Positions 18,452 to 26,347 of a stretch of 64,000 nt of DNA are shown piece by piece; position 1 is the first letter of the stretch; the number at the start of each line of letters is the position of its first letter. The translations under genes and the position numbers were made by a program. Under the pieces are notes generated by a model. It saw nothing but the letters and a program-made list of their open reading frames with translations. It ran no database searches and had not been told where the DNA came from. The stretch comes from Chloroflexia bacterium (GTDB taxonomy: Bacteria; Chloroflexota; Chloroflexia; Thermomicrobiales; UBA6265). The stretch is taken from contig JBHWTK010000067.1 in assembly GCA_043427975.1 (NCBI GenBank), forward strand, positions 16,523 to 80,522, in the 5' to 3' direction.

Positions 18452-19210
18452 ATGACGCCCCAATCCCCGGTCCTCACGTGTACCGACCTCTCGGTGCACT
18501 ACGACAACCGCTCGGCCCTGCGCGACGTAAACCTCGTGATTCAGCATGGCGAAATCACGGCCCTGCTCGGCCCGAACGGCGCAGGCAAGAGCACGATGCT
18601 CAAGGTATTGGCAGGCATGATCCCGCCGAGCCACGGCACGGCCACCTATCGCGGCACTGAGCTCAATGGACCGCACCCCGAGGTGACCTACGTCCCGCAA
18701 CGCAGCGCTGTGGACTGGACGTTTCCAATCTCGGTGCTGGAATGCACCCTGCTGGGGCTTGCCGGTTCCAGGTCGCGATGGAGACCGTTCTCGCGCCGGG
18801 ATAACGACATCGCCATGAATGCCCTTCGGGATGTCCGCATGGATCATCTTGCCCATGCGCAGATCGATGCTCTGAGCGGTGGCCAGCAACAACGGGTTTT
18901 CCTGGCCCGGGCGCTGGTGAACAATGGCCAGGTGCTGCTGCTTGATGAACCCTTCACCGGCGTGGATGTGCCCACACAGGACATGCTGGTCGATATCCTT
19001 ACCGACCTGAAATCGCGCGGCACGGCCATCGTCTACGCCACGCACGACCTCGCCCAGGCTGCCCGCACGGCCGACCATGCCGTGCTGTTGAATGGCGAGA
19101 TCGTGGCCGAGGGTTTGCCCGACGATATCCTGCAGGACGCCCTGCTGTTAAGAACGTTTGGTGGCAGCACCGTATCTGTGGAATCGCTCCGGGAGTCCGT
19201 CACCCCATGA
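18452..19210 (+). CDS. Metal (Zn/Mn-type) ABC transporter ATP-binding protein
   Basis: Walker A GPNGAGKST, signature LSGGQQQR, Walker B LLLDEP. Resembles ZnuC/TroB. Confidence 0.85.
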   Translation: MTPQSPVLTCTDLSVHYDNRSALRDVNLVIQHGEITALLGPNGAGKSTMLKVLAGMIPPSHGTATYRGTELNGPHPEVTYVPQRSAVDWTFPISVLECTLLGLAGSRSRWRPFSRRDNDIAMNALRDVRMDHLAHAQIDALSGGQQQRVFLARALVNNGQVLLLDEPFTGVDVPTQDMLVDILTDLKSRGTAIVYATHDLAQAARTADHAVLLNGEIVAEGLPDDILQDALLLRTFGGSTVSVESLRESVTP

Positions 19211-20103
19211 GCTGGCTTACCGATCCCTGGGCATATACCTTCATGCAGAATGCCTTCCTCGCCATCATCCTGGTCGGGGTAATCTGTGGCGCTATCGGCG
19301 TGTTTGTGATCCTGCGGGGCTACTCGTTCCTGGGCGATGCGCTGGCGCACGCCATTTTCCCTGGCGTGGTGATCACGTTCATCCTTGGTGGGAATTTCCT
19401 CGTGGGGGCGCTCATCGCGGCGATCATCGTATCCACGCTCATCGGTGCGGTCAGCCAGAGTGGGCGAATCAGTAATGACACCGCCATTGGCGTGCTGTTC
19501 GCCGGCTCGTTCGCGCTTGGCGTGGCGCTCATGAGCCTGCAAAGCGGCTACCTTCGCGACCTTAACTCGTTCCTGTTCGGCTCAATCCTGGGCGTTGGCC
19601 GTGACGACCTTGCGATCACGGCGGGAGTCGGCGCGGTCGTCCTCCTCGGGCTGCTGCTCTTCCGGCGTGAGATCATCCTGATCTCGTTCGACCGCGTATT
19701 TGCCCGTTCTACCGGCCTGAACCTGTGGGTGTTCGACCAGGTTTTCCTCGTGCTGCTGGCCCTCACGATTGTGGTATCGCTGCAGACCGTGGGCAATGTG
19801 CTGGTACTGGCGATGCTGGTGACACCAGCCGCAACGGCCCGCATGCTGACCGATAACCTGCGCCGCATGATCGCGCTCAGCAGCAGCATCGGTGCCCTGT
19901 GCGGGCTGACGGGCCTGTACGTGAGCTTCTATTACAACGTGCCAAGTGGAGCGGCCGTGGTATTGACGGCAACGGTGGTGTTCGGCCTCGTGTTCCTCTT
20001 CGCGCCGCAAACCGGCGCCATCACCAGCCGGGTACGGCGCCGGATTCATTATGCGCATCCGGAAAGCGATGTGCACGTGCGGCCCGACAACCCTACCGCT
20101 TAA
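19207..20103 (+). CDS. Metal ABC transporter permease (ABC-3 family, ZnuB/TroCD-like)
   Basis: 298-aa polytopic ORF with FMQNAFLA...GDALAHAIFPG. ATGA overlap with the ATPase gene. Confidence 0.85.
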   Translation: MSWLTDPWAYTFMQNAFLAIILVGVICGAIGVFVILRGYSFLGDALAHAIFPGVVITFILGGNFLVGALIAAIIVSTLIGAVSQSGRISNDTAIGVLFAGSFALGVALMSLQSGYLRDLNSFLFGSILGVGRDDLAITAGVGAVVLLGLLLFRREIILISFDRVFARSTGLNLWVFDQVFLVLLALTIVVSLQTVGNVLVLAMLVTPAATARMLTDNLRRMIALSSSIGALCGLTGLYVSFYYNVPSGAAVVLTATVVFGLVFLFAPQTGAITSRVRRRIHYAHPESDVHVRPDNPTA

Positions 20104-20981
20104 TCGTGGACTTCCACCCGCATACCGATGTAGGCGAAATCAAAGAGGAACGCGGCATCCGCCTCGGACAGGCGGACGCACCCGAGCGTCGCCGTACCAC
20201 CGGTAACCACCACATTCCCCGATGCATCCCGCGTCGGCGAATGGAAACCGTTACTGCGTACGGGATCGAAGCCGACGAAATCCGAGAGGTACACACCATC
20301 GGCAAACGGAGTTTCTGCCAGTGCCTTTTCCTTTACATGCACGTAATAGGTACCAACAGCGGTGCTGTAGTAACCGTCGGGAGATAAGTCCTTCCCGATC
20401 AGCGCATCAAACGTAGCAACCACGATCTCCCCGTTATGGAGCGTCACCGTCCGGTTGGTGCGATCCACTTCAATCCACTTCTCGCCGGGTTGTGGCTCGC
20501 GCTCAACCTGGGTTGATCCCGCAATCACTGGCGCTGCCGTCGACACCGCTGTGGGTTCCGGGGCGACGGCCGGCGGTTCAGGGGTCGGCACCGGAACCGA
20601 GGCCTTATCATCCGATGGCGCCTCGACCACGGTGTGCTCGGCGGCATAGGCGACACCCGGTTCACTCAGATAGTCGCTGGCAATCCACCCATGCTTCCCG
20701 TTTACCCTCACTGCCACGAAGCCGTCCACCGATTCGCGCTCGGCGGAGACCCCGGTGCCCGCAGGAATCACTGCGAGCACCTTGAACGACGTACCCGGGC
20801 CGGTACGGAGGTTCACGTCGTCGATGGTCACCACATCCCTGATAGCTGGTCCCCCACCGGGTGACCATCCATCAATCCACGGCCCCAGGTACCAGCCCCC
20901 CGCCACAACCAAGAAGAGGACCAGGATGGCAGCAACGAAGGTGCTAGCGATGTGTCGACTCCTGGCGACCCTGCGCTTCAT
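20100..20981 (-). CDS. L,D-transpeptidase (YkuD domain) with SH3b-like domain and membrane anchor
   Basis: C-terminal GFHSP...TLGCVRL catalytic motif. The N-terminal half has VNLRTGPGTSFKV...GWIASDYL, which is SH3b-like. Confidence 0.85.
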   Translation of the reverse strand: MKRRVARSRHIASTFVAAILVLFLVVAGGWYLGPWIDGWSPGGGPAIRDVVTIDDVNLRTGPGTSFKVLAVIPAGTGVSAERESVDGFVAVRVNGKHGWIASDYLSEPGVAYAAEHTVVEAPSDDKASVPVPTPEPPAVAPEPTAVSTAAPVIAGSTQVEREPQPGEKWIEVDRTNRTVTLHNGEIVVATFDALIGKDLSPDGYYSTAVGTYYVHVKEKALAETPFADGVYLSDFVGFDPVRSNGFHSPTRDASGNVVVTGGTATLGCVRLSEADAAFLFDFAYIGMRVEVHD

Positions 20982-20983
20982 GG

Positions 20984-21772
20984 TTACCAGTGCACCTCAA
21001 CGCGCATGCCCATTTGCGCGAAATCGTACAGCTGCTCGATGTCGCCTGGCGCCAGTGCCACGCAGCCGCCGGTACGGCCAGCCCCGTTCGGCACAACATT
21101 GCCGCGCTTGTCCTTGGTGTAACTATGGAAGCCGTTGAAACGAACCGGATCGAAGCCAACCCAGTGGCTGATGTAATTACCGGCATAGTCGGTGTAATGC
21201 AGGCTTTCATCGAACGCGTAAACGGTGTAGCTGCCGATTGCCGTGGCGTAGAAGCCATCGTCGGTTTCATCCCAGCCAAGCGAGCCCCAGAACGCAGCAA
21301 TCGATTCCTCACCCATCATCAGCCGTACAAGGCCGCTGGAACGATTCACATCAATCCAGTGCTCGCTACTCCCGGCCGGTCCTGCATTCGCCGTTTCAGG
21401 CGCGCTGCTGCCTCCACCGATGTCGCCAACGGGCGCGGCAGCCCCATCCATGGAGAGGTAATCGGCCCAGATCCAGCCATCTGTGCCGTAATACCGGATC
21501 TCGTAAAGGCCGTTGTACGGGCCGAAAAGGATATCGACCGGCGTGCCGGCATCCATATAGAGAATCGGCGAGAGATTATCCGGATGGACAAACAGCTCTG
21601 CCCCTTGCACGGCAACGTAGCCGATGAGGCCATTCGCTGCGGCCCTGGAAGCGATCAGCGACGATCCAGCGCCCAGCAGCCCGAGCGATGAGGCAGTGAT
21701 GCCGGCCAGGAATTTTCGCCGGCTGGTCGTTATCCGCTGTACGGCGTCCGTCATGCTCGTGCGATGTGTCAT
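20984..21772 (-). CDS. L,D-transpeptidase paralog with Tat-type signal and SH3b-like domain
   Basis: SRRKFLAGITASSLGLLGAG signal and GFHSYT...TGGCVAL catalytic motif. Sits 2 nt upstream of the paralog. Confidence 0.85.
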   Translation of the reverse strand: MTHRTSMTDAVQRITTSRRKFLAGITASSLGLLGAGSSLIASRAAANGLIGYVAVQGAELFVHPDNLSPILYMDAGTPVDILFGPYNGLYEIRYYGTDGWIWADYLSMDGAAAPVGDIGGGSSAPETANAGPAGSSEHWIDVNRSSGLVRLMMGEESIAAFWGSLGWDETDDGFYATAIGSYTVYAFDESLHYTDYAGNYISHWVGFDPVRFNGFHSYTKDKRGNVVPNGAGRTGGCVALAPGDIEQLYDFAQMGMRVEVHW

Positions 21773-21845
21773 GGTTCCCTTCCCCCTGCTAGAACTCCCT
21801 GTTTCCGGTGAGCAGTGGGTCCGTCCCAGCCAAAGACGACGCTCA

Positions 21846-21864
21846 TACGTACATAGTGTACGTA
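21846..21864. promoter_or_regulatory. Perfect 8-3-8 palindrome TACGTACA-tag-TGTACGTA, candidate operator
   Basis: Seen directly in the sequence. Lies just downstream of the predicted ldt promoter -10 box. Confidence 0.5.
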
Positions 21865-21877
21865 CACTCCTAACACC

Positions 21878-21906
21878 AGCATACGGGTCGGGGTCTATGT
21901 GTGCAA
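21878..21906 (-). promoter_or_regulatory. Candidate promoter of the L,D-transpeptidase operon
   Basis: Minus strand reads TTGCAC-N17-TATGCT. Confidence 0.45.
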
Positions 21907-21978
21907 GGGGGATGGAGAATTAATACCCGGAAATATATCAAAGCGAGAAAAGAGGCAGAGCACAAGCTGGTGTTAATT

Positions 21979-21995
21979 TGTGACAATCAGTCACA
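21979..21995. promoter_or_regulatory. TGTGAC-N5-GTCACA inverted repeat (CRP/FNR-like half sites with atypical spacing)
   Basis: Seen directly in the sequence. TGTGA and TCACA are separated by 7 nt instead of the canonical 6. Confidence 0.25.
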
Positions 21996-22039
21996 GATCC
22001 ATCCAGGCCAGAGACTGCCCATCACTGCCGCACCCTGTA

Positions 22040-22068
22040 TTGCTACCTTTCAGCGGGCATCCTATACT
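22040..22068 (+). promoter_or_regulatory. Candidate greA promoter
   Basis: TTGCTA-N17-TATACT, about 150 nt upstream of the greA ATG. Confidence 0.5.
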
Positions 22069-22088
22069 GTGGACATACCCAGTCAGGG

Positions 22089-22113
22089 CCGGTTGGCGAT
22101 GCCATCCGGTTTT
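22089..22113 (+). terminator. Terminator-like hairpin 1 in the greA leader
   Basis: CCGGUUGGC-GAU-GCCAUCCGG (8 bp, one U.U mismatch) followed by UUUUCG. Confidence 0.4.
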
Positions 22114-22138
22114 CGCGTATGGAACACGTTACTGGTTC

Positions 22139-22164
22139 GGCCCCGTATCATGCGGGGTCTTCTT
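22139..22164 (+). terminator. Terminator-like hairpin 2 in the greA leader
   Basis: GGCCCCG-UAUCAUG-CGGGGUC followed by UUCUU. Confidence 0.4.
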
Positions 22165-22221
22165 ACATATCCGGAGCGATTCATCTCGCCCGCCCAACAC
22201 AGATCCTGAAAGGACCGCACC

Positions 22222-22692
22222 ATGGCGCACGATCGTCTGCAACTCACCCGTGAGGGAATGGACAAGCTCACAGCCGAGCTCCACATGCTCGAAAACGAGC
22301 GGCTCAAGGACCTTTCCCAGCGTATCGCCGATGCGAGTGATGAGGGCGACGTTTCTGACAACAGTGAGTTCGAGGAGTTGAAGGAAGAGTATTACTACGT
22401 GGAGGAGCGCATCCGCGAAGTGCGAGGCATCCTTTCCCGTGCCGACTTGCTGGAAGAAGGCTCGGCCGATGGCACCATCAGCCTCGGCAGCCGCATCACG
22501 GTCAAGGCAGAAGACGGCGACACCGAAGAGACCTGGCTGCTGGTGAACGAAGAGGAAGCCTCTGCCCGTGATGGCCGTATTTCCGACGAATCGCCGGTCG
22601 GCATTGCCCTCCTGGGGAAACACGCCGGCGACTCGGTAACGATCAAGACACCCGGCGGCAGCCTCACCTATGCCATCATCAACGTAATATAG
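22222..22692 (+). CDS. greA: Transcription elongation factor GreA
   Basis: 156-aa ORF with an N-terminal coiled coil carrying the acidic tip (DASDEGDVSDNSEFEELKEE) and a C-terminal SPVGIALLGKHAGDSVTIKTPGG. Confidence 0.95.
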   Translation: MAHDRLQLTREGMDKLTAELHMLENERLKDLSQRIADASDEGDVSDNSEFEELKEEYYYVEERIREVRGILSRADLLEEGSADGTISLGSRITVKAEDGDTEETWLLVNEEEASARDGRISDESPVGIALLGKHAGDSVTIKTPGGSLTYAIINVI

Positions 22693-22774
22693 AGAGCGGA
22701 ATCTGTACCGGCGAAACGCGGCGGGATTCCTACCCGCCGCGTTTCGCGTTTTCACCGCCACACCGGAGTACCCT

Positions 22775-24313
22775 ATGGAACTGACTGAACTGCAGGAAAT
22801 ACGGCGTCGCAAGGTCGATGACCTGCGCGATCTGGGCATTGAGCCCTACCCGACCCGTACCGAACGCACCCACACCACGAGCGACGCCCTCGCGCTGTTC
22901 GAGGCCGAAGAACACGCGGAAGCGCTGGATAGCAGCGGCCATTCGACCCAAACCGTGTCGCTTGCCGGGCGTATGGTCAGCTTCCGCCACATGGGCAAGA
23001 CCGTGTTCGCACACATCCGCGATGGCGAGGGTGCGATCCAGCTGTACATCCGCAAGGATGCCATCGGCGAGGATGTTTACCAGCAGGTCCTCAAGCTCTA
23101 TGACGTCGGCGATTTCGTCCAGGCCAGTGGTGAGCTCTTTCGCACCAAGATGGGAGAGGTATCGCTGCGTGTGGACAGCATCACGATGCTCACCAAGGCG
23201 CTGAATGCCCCACCGGAGAAGTGGCACGGACTTACCGATATCGAAACCCGCTATCGGCAGCGCTATGCCGACTTGCTCTCGAACGAGGAAACCCGGCGCG
23301 TGTTTGCCACGCGGTCAAAGATCGTCTCCTCAATCCGGCGCTTTATGGATTCGCATGGATTTATGGAAGTGGAAACGCCAGTGCTGCAACCGTTGTACGG
23401 CGGTGCCGCAGCGCGTCCGTTCACCACGGTGCACAACGCGCTGGACCAAACCTTCTACCTGCGAATTGCCGATGAACTGTACCTGAAGCGATTGTTGGTT
23501 GGTGGGTTCGAGAAGGTCTATGAAATCTCCAAGGATTTCCGTAACGAGGGCATGGATCGCAACCACTCGCCTGAGTTCACGATGATGGAGTGGTACGAGG
23601 CCTATTCCGACTACGAACAGCAGATGTCCTTCGTGGAAGACCTGATCTACCACGTGGTGGAAGAGGTGTTCGGTGGCCCGACATTCCAGTTCCAGGGGCA
23701 CACCATCGATGTCACCCCACCCTGGCCCCGCCAGACGCTGCGTCAGGCGATCCTGGAGCGGAGCGGCATTGACTATACCCAGTACCCGGATGCCGAGGAC
23801 CTGATTGCGGTTGCCCGCGAGAAGGGAGCACACATTGAGGACGGCACCGTGTGGCCGCGCGCGGTAGACGAGTTGCTCAAGCACTTCGTGCGCCCGTTCC
23901 TCATCCAGCCGACGTTCCTTACCGATTACCCGGTTGAGCTCAGCCCGCTGGCAAAGCGCAAGCTGGAAGATCCAACGCACGTGGAGCGATTCCAGCCCTA
24001 CATTGGCGGTGGCGAGATCGGCAACAGCTTCACCGAGTTGAACGACCCGATGGACCAATTGGCGCGTTTCCTGGAGCAGAAGCGCGATATGGACGCCGGC
24101 GACGAGGAAGCCATGCCGATTGATGAGGATTTCATCAACGCGCTCATGTACGGCATGCCGCCCACGGGTGGTGTCGGCATCGGCATCGACCGCCTGGTGA
24201 TGCTGCTGACAGACCAGCCAACGATCCGCGATGTCATCCTCTTCCCGGCCATGCGGCGGTTGCCCGCTGACCAAGGCCAGACGAAGGAAGCGACGGCAGC
24301 GGTCGAAGAGTAG
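22775..24313 (+). CDS. lysS: Lysine--tRNA ligase, class II
   Basis: 512-aa ORF with an OB-fold N-domain and class II motifs (FRNEGMDRNHSPEFTMMEWY, GGVGIGIDRLVMLL). The greA-lysS pairing is common. Confidence 0.95.
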   Translation: MELTELQEIRRRKVDDLRDLGIEPYPTRTERTHTTSDALALFEAEEHAEALDSSGHSTQTVSLAGRMVSFRHMGKTVFAHIRDGEGAIQLYIRKDAIGEDVYQQVLKLYDVGDFVQASGELFRTKMGEVSLRVDSITMLTKALNAPPEKWHGLTDIETRYRQRYADLLSNEETRRVFATRSKIVSSIRRFMDSHGFMEVETPVLQPLYGGAAARPFTTVHNALDQTFYLRIADELYLKRLLVGGFEKVYEISKDFRNEGMDRNHSPEFTMMEWYEAYSDYEQQMSFVEDLIYHVVEEVFGGPTFQFQGHTIDVTPPWPRQTLRQAILERSGIDYTQYPDAEDLIAVAREKGAHIEDGTVWPRAVDELLKHFVRPFLIQPTFLTDYPVELSPLAKRKLEDPTHVERFQPYIGGGEIGNSFTELNDPMDQLARFLEQKRDMDAGDEEAMPIDEDFINALMYGMPPTGGVGIGIDRLVMLLTDQPTIRDVILFPAMRRLPADQGQTKEATAAVEE

Positions 24314-24379
24314 CGAAAACGCCGCGATTCACGCTATGCTGAACGGCAGAATGGTGGCGCAGGCAGGAGAAAACAGAAC

Positions 24380-24523
24380 ATGTCGTCCATGAAGAACAAA
24401 GTCGAAAACGAATCTGGTATCTACAAGCTCGGCTTCAACCTCTGGTCGTTCCTGGGTATCGCGTTCCCGATCGGGTTCGTGATTGTCGTGGGCGGCATCC
24501 TGGGCTATCTCGTCACCCGCTAG
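24380..24523 (+). CDS. Small single-TM membrane protein (47 aa), not in the ORF track
   Basis: ATG at 24380 is preceded by AGGAGA 8 nt upstream. Sequence is MSSMKNKVENESGIYKLGFNLWSFLGIAFPIGFVIVVGGILGYLVTR. Third codon positions are GC-rich, and a strong terminator follows. Confidence 0.5.
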   Translation: MSSMKNKVENESGIYKLGFNLWSFLGIAFPIGFVIVVGGILGYLVTR

Positions 24524-24545
24524 GCTTTCGCTCAACCAGCAACAC

Positions 24546-24581
24546 GAAGCCTCCGGCTCCTATCCTGGAACCGGAGGCTTC
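24546..24581. terminator. Bidirectional intrinsic terminator
   Basis: Perfect 11-bp stem GAAGCCTCCGG/CCGGAGGCTTC with a 14-nt loop. Lies between convergent genes (small ORF plus strand, MOSC gene minus strand). Confidence 0.7.
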
Positions 24582-24592
24582 TTGCGTCCTGC

Positions 24593-25261
24593 CTACTCCG
24601 GATCTTTGTCCGGATTGGCCCGACCAACGTAATCCACCAGGCTGGGTGGGAGGTGTTCGGCGGCGTCCCGCAACCGTGCCACCAGCGATCGGTCAGTCGT
24701 CGCGGCCATAAATGCCACGCGCACACTGATATCGTGCGGCGGGCGGTGAATTACCTCAATCGTATCCCCGGCGCGCACGGTGCCGGGTGAGACGACCCGG
24801 AGGTACGCTCCCGGACGACTATCCTGCGTAAACTCCTTGATCCATTTCGGCTCCTTGATCACGCCCCGGAACGTTCGGCAGGGAATCCGCGGCCCGGTGA
24901 CTTCCAGCACCACGTCGTCGCCAATCCGCCATCGTTCCCCAACCAGCGCCTCATTGACATCAATCCCAATGGTCGTCAGGTTCTCGCCGAAAGCACCGTT
25001 CGGGAACTCGCGCGCTTTCACCTGTTCCCACCGGTCCAGGTCCTCACGCTGGAACGCGTACACGGCCTGTTCGTCGCCGCCGTGATTGTCCGGGTCGCCG
25101 ATGAAATCACCATCGACGCCGCTCTTTCCGTCGGCGGGCGCAAACACTGAGATGGGGCCTTCCACCGGCCGTTTGTGGATCCCTGTCACCCAGGTTGTGC
25201 TGTGCTCGGTTGGTTCAGATTTTCCCACGTTCACTGTGAGAACAGTCGCGCTGTTATACAT
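24593..25261 (-). CDS. MOSC domain-containing protein (YiiM-like)
   Basis: 222-aa ORF with GDPDNHGG..QAVYAF, GENLT..G, RIPCRTF and the C-terminal 3-alpha region. Confidence 0.85.
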   Translation of the reverse strand: MYNSATVLTVNVGKSEPTEHSTTWVTGIHKRPVEGPISVFAPADGKSGVDGDFIGDPDNHGGDEQAVYAFQREDLDRWEQVKAREFPNGAFGENLTTIGIDVNEALVGERWRIGDDVVLEVTGPRIPCRTFRGVIKEPKWIKEFTQDSRPGAYLRVVSPGTVRAGDTIEVIHRPPHDISVRVAFMAATTDRSLVARLRDAAEHLPPSLVDYVGRANPDKDPE

Positions 25262-26252
25262 TGATCTTCACCGTACGCCCTTCTGCTGCCGAAATCTCCG
25301 CCGCTGCTGCCATGCGCGTAAGCGCCAATGCCTCGGCAACGTTCTCCGGATCCTGTTCGCCACGCCGGATATGCTCAACCCAGCGATCAAACGGCGTCAC
25401 GCCATCTGCTGGAAGTTCACGTGATGTCCAGAGGGACTCGCTCCGTAGCTTCGTGCGAAGTCCATCATCGAAATCATATAAAAGCGACCCGTCAGTTCCA
25501 TGAATCTCGATCCACATCCCGATCGCGCCACCGAGGAACGACGCCTCGGCTACACCGGTGAGCCGGCCGGGATAGTTGCAGACCACCAGCGCCTGGTCCT
25601 CCACCGCGTGGCCACTCGCGCTGAGGTAACTGGCGGTGATGCTCTCCGGTAAGCCAGCAAAGCGGTGGACCAGGTAGTACGGATGCGCTCCAAAATCGAT
25701 CATCGCGCCGCCCATTGCCTCGCTACGATCGAAAAAGGTTTCCGGTAGCCATTGAGGGTGGCCGTTTCGGCGCACTGCGCCATCGTGGGAGACGCGCACA
25801 CGGATGTATGAGACCTCCCCCAGCTCACCTTCGGAGAGGATCCGCTCGATCCCCTGCGTGTAGCCGGTGTAGAGCCGTGGCAGCGAAACAGTGAGCACAA
25901 TGCCGGCCCGTTTTGCCGCGTGTGCAATGGCTTCTGCATCCTCAGGAGTGGCGGCGAGCACCTTCTCCGTGTAGATGTGTTTGCCCGCCGCGATCACCTT
26001 CTCCATCACCTCGCGGTGCTGTACCGTAGCGGTCGTGATGATGACGCCATCGAGTTCGGGATCGGCCAGGAGGGTTTCAAGATCGGCACCGTATGGCACA
26101 TTCCACTGGTCGGCAGCCTGCTGGCCCCGGGCCGCGTCATCATCCCACACGGCAACCAGTTCTGTATGCGGGTTGTTCTCGCAGTCGCGGGCGTAGTCGT
26201 TGGCATGCACGTGCCAGGCTCCAACCAGCGCGATGCGCAATTTCTCTGTCAT
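25254..26252 (-). CDS. Gfo/Idh/MocA family oxidoreductase
   Basis: Start moved to ATG 26252 (MTEKLRIALVGAWHVH, a Rossmann N-terminus; AGGGA SD). EKVLA motif present. Confidence 0.85.
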   Translation of the reverse strand: MTEKLRIALVGAWHVHANDYARDCENNPHTELVAVWDDDAARGQQAADQWNVPYGADLETLLADPELDGVIITTATVQHREVMEKVIAAGKHIYTEKVLAATPEDAEAIAHAAKRAGIVLTVSLPRLYTGYTQGIERILSEGELGEVSYIRVRVSHDGAVRRNGHPQWLPETFFDRSEAMGGAMIDFGAHPYYLVHRFAGLPESITASYLSASGHAVEDQALVVCNYPGRLTGVAEASFLGGAIGMWIEIHGTDGSLLYDFDDGLRTKLRSESLWTSRELPADGVTPFDRWVEHIRRGEQDPENVAEALALTRMAAAAEISAAEGRTVKINV

Positions 26253-26347
26253 GCTGTATGTCCCTGAAACGAGCGAAAACGAACGGCGCGGGATCGTACC
26301 TGATTCCACGCCGTTCATCGTATCGTGATTGCCGGAAATACGGACGA

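Noticed and set aside
21846-21864. Palindrome considered as a LexA/SOS box (cyanobacterial-type RGTAC-N3-DGTWCB or Cheo box)
   Set aside because: The spacing between GTAC cores is 5 nt rather than 4, and there are no GAAC/GTTC arms. The downstream genes are cell-wall enzymes, not SOS genes.
24329-24535. 68-aa minus-strand ORF from the track
   Set aside because: It has no SD and runs antisense to a better-supported 47-aa plus-strand ORF (SD, TM helix, terminator).
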